DNA of 64,000 nucleotides, taken from Bacteroidales bacterium. Lineage in GTDB: Bacteria > Bacteroidota > Bacteroidia > Bacteroidales > VadinHA17. How positions within the stretch are numbered: position 1 is the stretch's first letter; each line of letters begins with the position of its first letter. Of the stretch, positions 1 to 9,265 are shown piece by piece. A program made the position numbers and the translations under genes. The stretch is from assembly GCA_003142255.1 (NCBI GenBank), contig PLLO01000001.1, forward strand, positions 17,839 to 81,838. Reading direction: 5' to 3'. A model generated the notes under the pieces. That model had not been told where the DNA came from. It worked only from the letters and a program-made list of their open reading frames with translations, and did not search any database.

Positions 1-478
1 TGACAATAGTGACAAGCTTCATGCCTTTTGCGATGAGCGGCATTTCTCCGTTTTTCAGATCAATCTTTGCCAGACCGCGTGCGGCATGAGCCGGGTTTTT
101 CTCCACCACCTGCCCGCTTGATGATCCTGACGGATACATTCCTTCATCATAGAGAATAACATACATGTTCCGTTTCGCCGCTTCGCTGATGGCGATACCC
201 ATGGCGTGGATCATTTCAGGGGAGAGCCACTTCATATCTGAGGGCAGTCCTATTCTCGGATGGATAACAAACCCATAGACACCATGATCTTCGAAGCCGG
301 CTATCTGGCGGATGATCTCATCATCCTTCAGTGTGTCGTTCCAGAACCAGAATGGCATTACCGAAAATTCGTGCGGGGGATCGATGAAATCCTTTGGGAC
401 TTGCTGTGACTTTAAAGGGTAAAAGATCGAAAGTGAGAGCAGAAGAGCCGGGATGACCTGTTTTAGAAATGATTTCAT
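1..478 (-). CDS. GH106-like (alpha-L-rhamnosidase-type) glycoside hydrolase, N-terminal part; runs off the window edge
   Basis: Not in the ORF track. Manual translation from the ATG at 478 is open to position 2: MKSFLKQVIPALLLSLSIFYPLKSQQ (signal peptide)...PFWFWND...HPRIG...YDEGMYPSG, typical of the Glyco_hydro_106 N-terminus. Confidence 0.75.
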   Translation of the reverse strand, partial: MKSFLKQVIPALLLSLSIFYPLKSQQVPKDFIDPPHEFSVMPFWFWNDTLKDDEIIRQIAGFEDHGVYGFVIHPRIGLPSDMKWLSPEMIHAMGIAISEAAKRNMYVILYDEGMYPSGSSSGQVVEKNPAHAARGLAKIDLKNGEMPLIAKGMKLVTIV

Positions 479-598
479 GGATATCGATTTGGAACAGATA
501 AAGATATTTAAAAACTGAACTTAAAAACCCCATGCCCAGCAAAACCAATTCAGCCCCTGCCTTTAGGGGGATTGTTCACACACATTTTTAATTATATT

Positions 599-773
599 AT
601 TTAACCCAGGAGAGATTCCTCATTTCGCTCTGCTACATTCGGAATGACAATTAATTTGGTTTGAATAGTGTGGAGGATATGCGATTCGCAAAGGCGAATC
701 GCATATCCTCCATGCCGTACCCCAAAAAGCATTGTCATTCCGAGCGACAGCGAGGAATCTTCCCCGGGTTAAA
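599..773. repeat. Nested palindromic REP/MITE-like element
   Basis: Perfect 19-bp hairpin (671-689 with 694-712, loop AAAG) inside outer inverted arms TTAACCCAGG..AGATTCCTC..TCGGAATGACAAT (601-651) and ATTGTCATTCCGA..GAGGAATCT..CCCGGGTTAA (731-772). Confidence 0.8.
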
Positions 774-861
774 AAAACTTAATTCATCAAAAATTCCGTC
801 CTCAGGCTTAATGCTGATTCATAAAGTCACTAACTTGTAACATCGTATAAAAGCTATTAAC

Positions 862-2172
862 ATGAAAACAAATCTCCTCAGGGCATCTGTTATTTTATTA
901 ACAATAACTCTCTGGTGTTCAGCAGTATCCGCCCAGGACGTTCCTGCTAGTGTTAACAGGGTTGTGGCCGGAATCCCGGTTAATTATGACGAAGCGCTGG
1001 TTGGAACCTATACTCTTCCTGATCCTCTTGTGATGCTCAGCGGCAAAAAAGTGAAGAACGCAAAGATGTGGTACGCAAAGCGTCGTCCCGAGATACTTGA
1101 TCTTTTTTATCAGTTCCAGTATGGACGTGTCCCGGAACCGCCAAAGGATATGTCATTCAATGTATTTGACAAGGGGACACCGGCTCTTGATGGAAAAGCG
1201 ATCAGAAAACAGGTGACCGTTTATTTCACAAAAGATACTTCCGATTATAAAATGGATATTCTTATATACCTGCCGGCAGATGCCAAAGGCCCGGTTCCTT
1301 TATTCCTGAATGTAAGCTTCTCACATAATGCCACCGTTTCGAATGATCCCGGAATTAAAGGTGGCTTAATATGGGGGAGGGATGGGAAAAAAGTCCCGGT
1401 AAACCGCGCAGCAGGATTCGGAAGGATAGATATTAACCAGTTCCTTTCCGAAGGCATTGGCTTTGCAAATATCTATTATGGCGACATTGAACCCGATTTT
1501 GCAGGCGGTTATAAATATGGCATCAGAGGTTATTACCAGAAGCCCGATACGACCTATCCGGCTCCTGATAAGTGGGGTGCAATTTCTGCATGGTCCTGGG
1601 GGCTTAGCCGTGCCATGGATTATCTTGAAACAGATCCGCAGATTGATTCAAAAAAAGTTGCCCTATTTGGTGTTTCCCGGCTTGGGAAGACTGTTTTATG
1701 GACGGGAGCCCGCGACACCCGTTTCGGGATGGTAATTGCCAGCTGTGGGGGCGAGGGTGGCGCAGCACTTTCACGACGAAACTATGGTGAGAATATAAAT
1801 CACATGACACATCCCACAAGATATTTCTACCAGTTTGCCGGCAACTGGAGGAATTATAAGGATGACTTTTCAAAATCACCTGTCGATGCTCACATGCTTG
1901 TTGCTCTGATGGCCCCAAGACCATTGCTTCTGCAGACGGGGGATACCGATTACTGGTCCGACCCCAAAGGGGAATTCCTTGCAGCAGTAGCTTCAGGACC
2001 TGTCTGGAAGCTGCTTGGAAAAAAGGGTCTGGAAACAGACGTATGGCCTGCTGCAAAGCAACCAATACTGAACGACCTGGGATATTACATGCATGCCGGC
2101 GGACACGGGGCGATGCCTGGAGATTATCCGATCTTCATTAAGTTCATGAAGATGCATTTCTTCGGGAAGTGA
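862..2172 (+). CDS. CE15 glucuronoyl esterase-family protein, secreted
   Basis: Signal peptide; nucleophile motif GVSRLGK (G-x-S-R-x-G-K); WGAISAWSWG; HMLVALMAPRP. Confidence 0.85.
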   Translation: MKTNLLRASVILLTITLWCSAVSAQDVPASVNRVVAGIPVNYDEALVGTYTLPDPLVMLSGKKVKNAKMWYAKRRPEILDLFYQFQYGRVPEPPKDMSFNVFDKGTPALDGKAIRKQVTVYFTKDTSDYKMDILIYLPADAKGPVPLFLNVSFSHNATVSNDPGIKGGLIWGRDGKKVPVNRAAGFGRIDINQFLSEGIGFANIYYGDIEPDFAGGYKYGIRGYYQKPDTTYPAPDKWGAISAWSWGLSRAMDYLETDPQIDSKKVALFGVSRLGKTVLWTGARDTRFGMVIASCGGEGGAALSRRNYGENINHMTHPTRYFYQFAGNWRNYKDDFSKSPVDAHMLVALMAPRPLLLQTGDTDYWSDPKGEFLAAVASGPVWKLLGKKGLETDVWPAAKQPILNDLGYYMHAGGHGAMPGDYPIFIKFMKMHFFGK

Positions 2173-2292
2173 CCCACATCCGTCCGCCAGCTGGCGAACG
2201 GCTTTCCCCCTAAAGGGGGCCTAAATACTAGAGTCAAGCATATTCCTTATATATCAACCGAGTTGGACCCCCTTTAGGGGGACAGGGGGTCC
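2173..2292. repeat. CCCCCT-AAA-GGGGG REP-like element, copy 1
   Basis: CCCCCTAAAGGGGGC...GACCCCCTTTAGGGGGACAGGGGGT, preceded by the small palindrome GTCCGCCAGCTGGCGAAC; lies between convergent genes. Confidence 0.75.
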
Positions 2293-3170
2293 TTCCACTG
2301 GTAAACCCTCACCCAATCGACCTCATATTTAATTGGAGAGTGGGAGTGTGATGGATCTCCGCCATTGGCGCCTATTGCCAGGTTAAGAAGAATATAATGC
2401 GGCTGGAGGAAAGGATTAAAGCCGTCGGGGTTTACGCAATCCTTTACAGCGACATCGTTGAGAAGCAAATCATCAAGGAAGATCTTTATTGAATCCTTAT
2501 CCCAGTCCATTTTCCAGATGTGGAATTTCTTTGCCCAGTCCGGGTTATCTTTTGTGAAATCAGAATAGGGCTTTTTAAGGTCATCCCATTTTGCTACGAA
2601 ACGCTTATCAGTTCCCCATGCGAAGTTGGCAAGAATAGTGGGTACGCCCTTCCAACGGTAGAACTCCATGATATCAATTTCCCCACTTGAAGGCCATCCT
2701 CCGGCAACACCAAGTGTCCAGATAGCGGGCCAAGCTCCACATGCAGTATCGATCCTTGCACGTATCTCAAAACGGCCGAACTGAAACTGTCTCAATCCTA
2801 TGGATTTTATGCAGGCTGATGTATATTCAGCAAACTCCCTTCCGGTTTTCCAGTCGCTGCTTCCTGCTACATATTTGGGATTGTTTATTTTTTCTTTTCG
2901 TCCTTCGATAAGAAGTACTCCTTTTCTGCAATTTGCATTTTCAGGCCGGTACCACTGAAGCTCCTGGTTCCTTACAAAGCCGTTTTCGTATGTCCAGTTA
3001 GCCGGGTCGGGCTTACCTTTCCAGTTGAATTCATCATTCCATACAAGCTTCATCCCCTTGATTTCAGAAGGAGTTTTGAAATCAGGTTTATACAGACTTG
3101 CCTTTTGCGCAAAAAGGGTTTCTGCGGATAAAACTATCAAGCACAGTATGAACATGCATATGTTTCTCAT
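2274..3170 (-). CDS. GH16 glycoside hydrolase (laminarinase/galactanase-like), secreted
   Basis: Catalytic EIDIME motif; LVWNDEF; GAWPAIW; signal peptide. Confidence 0.9.
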   Translation of the reverse strand: MRNICMFILCLIVLSAETLFAQKASLYKPDFKTPSEIKGMKLVWNDEFNWKGKPDPANWTYENGFVRNQELQWYRPENANCRKGVLLIEGRKEKINNPKYVAGSSDWKTGREFAEYTSACIKSIGLRQFQFGRFEIRARIDTACGAWPAIWTLGVAGGWPSSGEIDIMEFYRWKGVPTILANFAWGTDKRFVAKWDDLKKPYSDFTKDNPDWAKKFHIWKMDWDKDSIKIFLDDLLLNDVAVKDCVNPDGFNPFLQPHYILLNLAIGANGGDPSHSHSPIKYEVDWVRVYQWKDPLSP

Positions 3171-3235
3171 AAATATTTCTTTGTGTTTTTCCTTTGTGTC
3201 CTTCGTGTGAACTTTGAGGAGGTTGAGACCATGAT

Positions 3236-4045
3236 TTATTTATTCTTATGATTTCCCTTTTGCCGGTTATTAAGATATTTTGAAAGCTGGCAACCCTTCA
3301 GAGACTTTATTCCTTCGGCTACAGCTCCGGCATTCAGAATTGCTCCTGCTTCGGTTGTGTGAGTATGATCGGTGAGGAAGAATTTTGTTTTTACCGTCTC
3401 TTCACCGATTGCCTCATATTTCGATGCGACGATTTCATTCAGATCTATGAAGAAGGCTTTTTCTGACGCAGCCGATTCCTCAGCCCACTTTGCATAATCT
3501 TCCGACGACCGTGCAACCTTGCCATTCTCCCAGATATTCCTTGGAATAAGAGAGCAGACAATAGGAATTGCACCTTTGGCTTTTGCGTCAGCTATGTACT
3601 TCCTCATGTACCAGCCGTATGAATGAACAATTTCATGCTTGCCGGTGAGAATGTTATCAATCTCCCGGGTCTCTTCCCCGGTTCCCCGTATTGTTCCCCG
3701 TGCCCTGCTGTTATCATTTACGGGACCGCCGTCGTTATGCCCGAATTGCATTATAACATAATCGCCGGGCCTGATCTGTGAAAGGACATTATCCCAGCGG
3801 CCTTCGGTAATAAATGTTCTGCTGCTTCTCCCTCCAATAGCAAAATTCCTTATGGAGATTTTATTTGTATCGACCTGCTGATGGAAATAATCTCCCCATC
3901 CCCATAGGCCACCGTCACCCTTGCCGCTGCCATTTTTAACGGTCGAATCGCCGATGATAAATATCGTCGGTTTATATTTTGGTTTATTTATTGATGCAGA
4001 TGTTAGAATCAGTAATGCTGAACTTAGAATTAGAAATCGGGACAT
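3236..4045 (-). CDS. CE12 rhamnogalacturonan acetylesterase (SGNH/GDSL)
   Basis: IGDSTV, GGRSSR, QFGHND and DHTH blocks. Confidence 0.9.
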   Translation of the reverse strand: MSRFLILSSALLILTSASINKPKYKPTIFIIGDSTVKNGSGKGDGGLWGWGDYFHQQVDTNKISIRNFAIGGRSSRTFITEGRWDNVLSQIRPGDYVIMQFGHNDGGPVNDNSRARGTIRGTGEETREIDNILTGKHEIVHSYGWYMRKYIADAKAKGAIPIVCSLIPRNIWENGKVARSSEDYAKWAEESAASEKAFFIDLNEIVASKYEAIGEETVKTKFFLTDHTHTTEAGAILNAGAVAEGIKSLKGCQLSKYLNNRQKGNHKNK

Positions 4046-4047
4046 AG

Positions 4048-6492
4048 TTAAAGTTTTATGTTTTCTGCCTTTGCAATTTTTTTATCCGGTACTGTGCCGC
4101 ATTGAACTGTTTTAAAGTCAGTCACGTTTTTTAGTACGAATGTGGGCACTCCCTGTGCATGAGGCGCCTTCACATTATTGAACGAAGCTCCTTTAACATC
4201 TTCCAGGATAAATGGAGGACGCAGATCTTCATTTTCAAGATTCAGCTCTACGTTGTTCATTTCAAGATTCTTTACATGCCTGATGAAAAATCCGTAAGTC
4301 GGAATTTTTCCGAACTCCTGAGGATCGGGATAGGCTTTCTCTTTTTCCGGAACAATTGATTCAGCCTGTTCTTTTGGCGCACCTCCTTTTACAAGAAGCG
4401 AAATGTTATTGAATTTAATATCCTCAATGTCGAACCCCGGCATTCCGAGGAATAGTGAAGCATAATCGGGGTTGGCGCTGTACACAACCACATTGCTGAT
4501 ACTCACCCTTCTCAGCTTCCCGACGGGAATTCCTTCAGGGCCTCTCAGTCTTGCGCCCAGCCGGAGGAAGAACGGAGCTCCCATCACATCACGCATGGTA
4601 ATATTTGAAATGCTTATATCTTCAAGCAAGGCACCGTCGACAGTCTCGAGGGCCAGTCCCCTGCAAAACTCGAAGGTGCAGTTTGAGATGGCTATGTTTC
4701 TGAAGCCTCCGTTCGACTCAGTTCCTAATTTGATCCTGCCGGTGACGACACCGCGGTCGGGAACGCGGTCATAATTCTTCCGCTGGTATGTCCCGTCGAG
4801 AAATGTGCCGATGTCGAATCCGAATACCGAACAGCCGGTTATGGTCACATTTTCCGTCATCCTGGCAAAGCCAAGAGCATAGGAGCTTTTCAGGACAATG
4901 GCATCATCGAATGGTGAGTTGACACTGCAGTCTGACATGTGGACATACCTGCAGCAGTCGATGTCGAAGCCGTCGCGGTTGGTGTCGAGCTTAACGTTAT
5001 CTATTGTAAGGTTATCCACCCCGGTGGCAAGTAGGCAGAAATGACCGCCGCGCAGAACCGTGAAATCCTTCAGTATCACATTGCGGCAAAGCTTCAGGGC
5101 AATTGCCTTGTTGCCCAGGCCGGGGTTAGGTCTGCCGGCCCGTGTGAGCCCGTTGCCGACTATCCATCCATGACCAATGATTGCTACATTCTCAAGGTTC
5201 TCGCCCCAGATGAGGCTGTTATGCCAGTGGCTGTGGCCGAAATCCTGGTACATGTCAGTTGCATTTGGTTCAGGTGCATCATACCCGCCAAGTCCCTTTT
5301 CTGAATCAGCGCCGATGAGATATGCTCCGTTATCGAGGAAGAGGGTGATATTGCTTTTAAGATGAATGGAGAAGCTGAGATATTTTCCGGCAGGGAAGTA
5401 AACTGTTCCGCCGCCTGAAGCTGCCGCAGCATCAATGGCCTTATTGATGGCATCGGTCTCGATTGCCGTGCTGTCGCCCTTGGCTCCGAATGCCTTTACA
5501 TTAAAGAAAACTACCGATTTCATTGCCTCCTTCTTATCCTCGTCCCGTGTCTGCCGGTCGGCAGAATATTGAATCAATCCGGCAAGTATGCTTTCGTCAG
5601 CTTCAAAGACGGTGCCGTGCCTGGCATCTTTCGGAAAGGAGACTTTATCTGAAATATCCTCCCAAGTCTTAAGATCCTTAGAGATGACAGCACCATATTT
5701 TTTGTCGACATATTTATCGAAATAGACAAACCATGTATTATTGATCCTGACAGAGGTCGGTCCCTCGGCCCAGTATTTGCCCGTGATCGGCTCCGAAGGA
5801 TCGGACCATGGACCATAGAGGCTTGAAGCCGTCGAAACCCTGATATTTTTCTGCGACGGAGTGCGGGTCTCGTTCTTCAGGAACATGACGTAGTTTTTTC
5901 CGCCGGTATTTATAGTTGCATCAATTACGTTGAAGCCTTTATCGTAAAATAGTTTTATTTCAGAGAATGTCACAAAGTCCTTTGTAGTGATATAATATAT
6001 TCTGTGGTCATAGCCGGTGTCACCGTCCTTCTGCGTCTCAGGAAAACGACCAGGAATCGTTGTGGCCCAGAATATGAGAAACTGCTGTTTCTTTTTGTCG
6101 TATTGTATTTCAGGAGCCCAGGTATTTTTTGCTGTGGGTTCCTTTTCCATTACCATCAGATATTTCTGCTCCGACCAGTGGATAAGATCCCTGGACGAGG
6201 AATATCCAATACCTCTTTCGGTCCATCCTGCCGTCCACACCATATGAAAAGTTCCGTCTTCAGTCCTGATGATACATGGGTCGCGCATCAGCTTGGAGGT
6301 GCCTACAACAGGCGTCAGAAACGATTTGTCGTTATTCAGTGGTATGAAAGTATATCCGTCGCGGCTGTATGCCAGGTGAAGACCGTCGACGCCGTTCCCT
6401 TCAAAATACGAAAAGAGGTAAACCTTTTCCTTAGGAGCGGCAAATAAGAATATCGGGATGAAGAATAATATTAAAATAAGAAGCTTTTTCAT
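4048..6492 (-). CDS. Bimodular GH43-like plus GH28 (polygalacturonase/rhamnogalacturonase-like) hydrolase
   Basis: N-terminal half MRDP, WAPE, VIDAT, AEGP (five-blade propeller acids); C-terminal half FNVKAFGAKGD, NRDGFD, FDDAIVLKS, RIKLGTE; single signal peptide. Confidence 0.85.
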   Translation of the reverse strand: MKKLLILILFFIPIFLFAAPKEKVYLFSYFEGNGVDGLHLAYSRDGYTFIPLNNDKSFLTPVVGTSKLMRDPCIIRTEDGTFHMVWTAGWTERGIGYSSSRDLIHWSEQKYLMVMEKEPTAKNTWAPEIQYDKKKQQFLIFWATTIPGRFPETQKDGDTGYDHRIYYITTKDFVTFSEIKLFYDKGFNVIDATINTGGKNYVMFLKNETRTPSQKNIRVSTASSLYGPWSDPSEPITGKYWAEGPTSVRINNTWFVYFDKYVDKKYGAVISKDLKTWEDISDKVSFPKDARHGTVFEADESILAGLIQYSADRQTRDEDKKEAMKSVVFFNVKAFGAKGDSTAIETDAINKAIDAAAASGGGTVYFPAGKYLSFSIHLKSNITLFLDNGAYLIGADSEKGLGGYDAPEPNATDMYQDFGHSHWHNSLIWGENLENVAIIGHGWIVGNGLTRAGRPNPGLGNKAIALKLCRNVILKDFTVLRGGHFCLLATGVDNLTIDNVKLDTNRDGFDIDCCRYVHMSDCSVNSPFDDAIVLKSSYALGFARMTENVTITGCSVFGFDIGTFLDGTYQRKNYDRVPDRGVVTGRIKLGTESNGGFRNIAISNCTFEFCRGLALETVDGALLEDISISNITMRDVMGAPFFLRLGARLRGPEGIPVGKLRRVSISNVVVYSANPDYASLFLGMPGFDIEDIKFNNISLLVKGGAPKEQAESIVPEKEKAYPDPQEFGKIPTYGFFIRHVKNLEMNNVELNLENEDLRPPFILEDVKGASFNNVKAPHAQGVPTFVLKNVTDFKTVQCGTVPDKKIAKAENIKL

Positions 6493-6535
6493 GAGAATAT
6501 AATTTGGCAGGAAAGATAATGAAAAAAGTTTGAGC

Positions 6536-6648
6536 TTAGCCCCTGTCCCGCTTAAGCGGGACTGCCCCCTAAAGGGGGCCTGATATATCTGAATAGCCAG
6601 ATAAAGGAACTGGATTAGTCCCCCTTCAGGGGGGATTGGGGGCTGACA
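6536..6648. repeat. CCCCCT-AAA-GGGGG REP-like element, copy 2
   Basis: AGCCCCTG-TCCCGCTTAAGCGGGA-CTGCCCCCTAAAGGGGGCC...AGTCCCCCTTCAGGGGGATTGGGGGCT. Confidence 0.75.
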
Positions 6649-6665
6649 AATTGAAAGGCTTGTCC

Positions 6666-7598
6666 CTACTCGCAGAATCTGATAATAACATCATAAACCC
6701 TCTGCTTTGTTTCGTCAGGAGTGGGATTAAGTTCTTCAGTGGTAAACTTGCCATGACGGATATCGATCCTTTCAAAGACCATAAGGTAAAGGTAAAAAAT
6801 GATTTCGAGGCTGAGCCGATACCTGGGTTCCAGAAGCGGGCTTATCTTCTTTATCTGGTCGTATGTTCTTAGCCGGTACTGGTCTGCAAGTGTAAGATAT
6901 ACACTTATCAGGTTCCGGAAGCTGTCATTTACCGGACGTCCATGTGCGAATTCATTCAGATCCTTCCGTGAAAGGTTATTTTTTATTATGAGATCATCGG
7001 CAAAATAATTCAGATTGTTAAGCTGATCTTTCTGGAAATCACGTATTATGTGGACCAGGTAGCTGAATATTGCACAAGGTACCGAGGCCTCCCTGATGTC
7101 AAACACGGGTGCCTTATATTCTCCGTTTCTTCTTGTCAGCCCGTTCAGGTGAACAAAGATTGAAGCAGGTGCGACTGATGCTCCCTGGGAATATTCCAGG
7201 AATGATTCGATAGTAGGGAAGCCATCGTTATTGATATCATAGATCATCGATTTTGCGAAAGATTCAAGCGGCCAGAGAGGGATCCTGAAATGCTCAATTG
7301 TCTCGAGCAGTTCCCTTTTTAGCGGGTTGCAATCTTCTTCAGCGATTATCATTTTGAACCACTCGTTGACATTGGCAATAAATTCTTTTCTCTCACCGGG
7401 GACAATCAGCTTGTTTGCTGCCTTATGATCGTCGATAAGATCATCGATGGCCCGCATGAACTTATAGCAAGTTTTTGCAGCACAATACCGGTCCTTTTCC
7501 CAGAACCCTGCTGCAATGAGAATATTCGGATGATCTTTTATCTCGTGGAAATCAATTGAGCTGTAAATGTCAAGAAATTCTTCCTTCAGTGAGCTCAT
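6666..7598 (-). CDS. Squalene/phytoene synthase family protein (CrtB/CrtM-like)
   Basis: Asp-rich motifs RAIDDLIDD and HIIRDFQKD; directly downstream of a phytoene desaturase. Confidence 0.8.
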   Translation of the reverse strand: MSSLKEEFLDIYSSIDFHEIKDHPNILIAAGFWEKDRYCAAKTCYKFMRAIDDLIDDHKAANKLIVPGERKEFIANVNEWFKMIIAEEDCNPLKRELLETIEHFRIPLWPLESFAKSMIYDINNDGFPTIESFLEYSQGASVAPASIFVHLNGLTRRNGEYKAPVFDIREASVPCAIFSYLVHIIRDFQKDQLNNLNYFADDLIIKNNLSRKDLNEFAHGRPVNDSFRNLISVYLTLADQYRLRTYDQIKKISPLLEPRYRLSLEIIFYLYLMVFERIDIRHGKFTTEELNPTPDETKQRVYDVIIRFCE

Positions 7599-7631
7599 TA
7601 ACTATTCTATGTTGGTTATCGTAAAACTAAT

Positions 7632-9116
7632 TTATTTTCCCGACATGATTCTTTCCGCAACAAGTTTTGATGACATCAGAATGTTCGGAATGCCGTTGCC
7701 GGGATGAGTGCTTCCTCCTACAAAATAAAGATTATGATATTTGTCGTGACGGTTGTGCGGGCGGAAATATCCCATCTGCATCATGTTGTGGCCGAGGCTG
7801 CCGAAGACCGATCCTCTCGTGATATTACAAACTGTTTCCCAGCTCTCCGGAGTGTAACAGATCTCGAATTTAATATGTTCTTCGATATCTGACAGGCCAA
7901 GCTTTTTAAGCCGTTCAATAACCGCGGAGCGAGTCTTTTGCTTAAGCAGGGTCCAATCCTGGTCCTTTGTCTTGTCGATATGGGCGGCACCGACAACAAT
8001 GGAAAGAGTATCATGGCCTTCAGGAGCAGCCGAAGGGTCGGACCGGACCGGAGCATGAAGATAGAAGCTTGGCTGATCGCCGAGTGTTTTATCAATGAAT
8101 ATCCTGTCAAGCCCCTCCCTGAAGTCGTCGGAAAGGAACACGTTGTGATGCTTCAGCTGAGGATAAGTTTTGTCAAGTCCCCAGTGAAAGCATATTGCGG
8201 AGCATGAGTAATTCATCCTGTCAATCCTTGATGATTTTCTCCTGTCGGGAAGGAGATTGCGATATACATAGGGTAGATCTGCATTGGCTACAATGATGTC
8301 AGCCTTTATTTCACTGCCATCTTCGAGTATGATTCCCTCAGCATTCTTCCCTGCAATATTGATCTTCGTCACGCCGCTGTTGAAATAGAACTTTACACCA
8401 AGTGATTTGGCGGCATTGAAGAGTTTCTCAACGATTGAATACATTCCTCCGTGCGGGAAGAATGACCCTTCAGTGAGCTCGGCTGCCGGCACCATGGAGA
8501 AGAGTGCGGGGGAGTTGAAGGGACTCTGCCCCACATAGATGTTCTGAAAGGTGTAGGCCATCATCAGGTGGGGATGGTGGAAAAACTTCCTGGCATAATT
8601 CCAGTTAGAGATATAAGTCTTGAGCCTTATGAGAAGGCCAATATTTTTAAAGTTTGCAAACTGGAAGATATTATAGAAATTACGTCCTACGAGTTTATCC
8701 ATTCCGAGCCTGAAGATATTATACCCTGCCGTCACATATTTTTTTGATTTTTCAAAGCTGCCCGGCTCTATCTTTTCGAGCTGCTTTTTCATCCTTGGTT
8801 CATCGGAAGTGAAGTCTATCTTTTCCCCGTTGTCGAACCAGATTGTGTACAGGTCTTCCATAGGAACAATATCTTTTCCTTCTTCGAGGCTGATGCCCAG
8901 CTCACCGAAGACCTGGCGGTAAACGCCGGGCATGAGAAGCATTGTTGCTCCCAGGTCGAACCGGTGTCCATCGCGGATCAGTTGTCCGCACCGCCCTCCA
9001 GGGGATAAATTCTTTTCATAAACGCATACCTCATAACCATTCTTTGCCAGGTAAACGGCAGTTGCAATTCCTCCTATGCCGGCGCCGATTATGACGGCCG
9101 TCTTATTTTTGATCAT
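7632..9116 (-). CDS. crtI: Phytoene desaturase family (CrtI/CrtN)
   Basis: IIGAGIGG FAD fold; EKNLSPGGR; HRFDLGATML; C-terminal NLYFVGGSTHPGNGIP. Confidence 0.85.
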   Translation of the reverse strand: MIKNKTAVIIGAGIGGIATAVYLAKNGYEVCVYEKNLSPGGRCGQLIRDGHRFDLGATMLLMPGVYRQVFGELGISLEEGKDIVPMEDLYTIWFDNGEKIDFTSDEPRMKKQLEKIEPGSFEKSKKYVTAGYNIFRLGMDKLVGRNFYNIFQFANFKNIGLLIRLKTYISNWNYARKFFHHPHLMMAYTFQNIYVGQSPFNSPALFSMVPAAELTEGSFFPHGGMYSIVEKLFNAAKSLGVKFYFNSGVTKINIAGKNAEGIILEDGSEIKADIIVANADLPYVYRNLLPDRRKSSRIDRMNYSCSAICFHWGLDKTYPQLKHHNVFLSDDFREGLDRIFIDKTLGDQPSFYLHAPVRSDPSAAPEGHDTLSIVVGAAHIDKTKDQDWTLLKQKTRSAVIERLKKLGLSDIEEHIKFEICYTPESWETVCNITRGSVFGSLGHNMMQMGYFRPHNRHDKYHNLYFVGGSTHPGNGIPNILMSSKLVAERIMSGK

Positions 9117-9265
9117 ATTATAGTTCTGAAGTAATAAATAAGACTTTTGTAAAAGACGACGGAAATCTGCTATTGTTTCAAATAATTGAATTTAAAATTA
9201 ATTTTTCAACTGAAACTAATAGCTTCTTCTTTCAAAAAGAAGGAATGGATTATCATAAGGTGGTC

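Noticed and set aside
321-548. 75-aa ORF in the track
   Set aside because: It overlaps, in another frame, the GH106-like gene starting at 478, which carries the recognisable motifs
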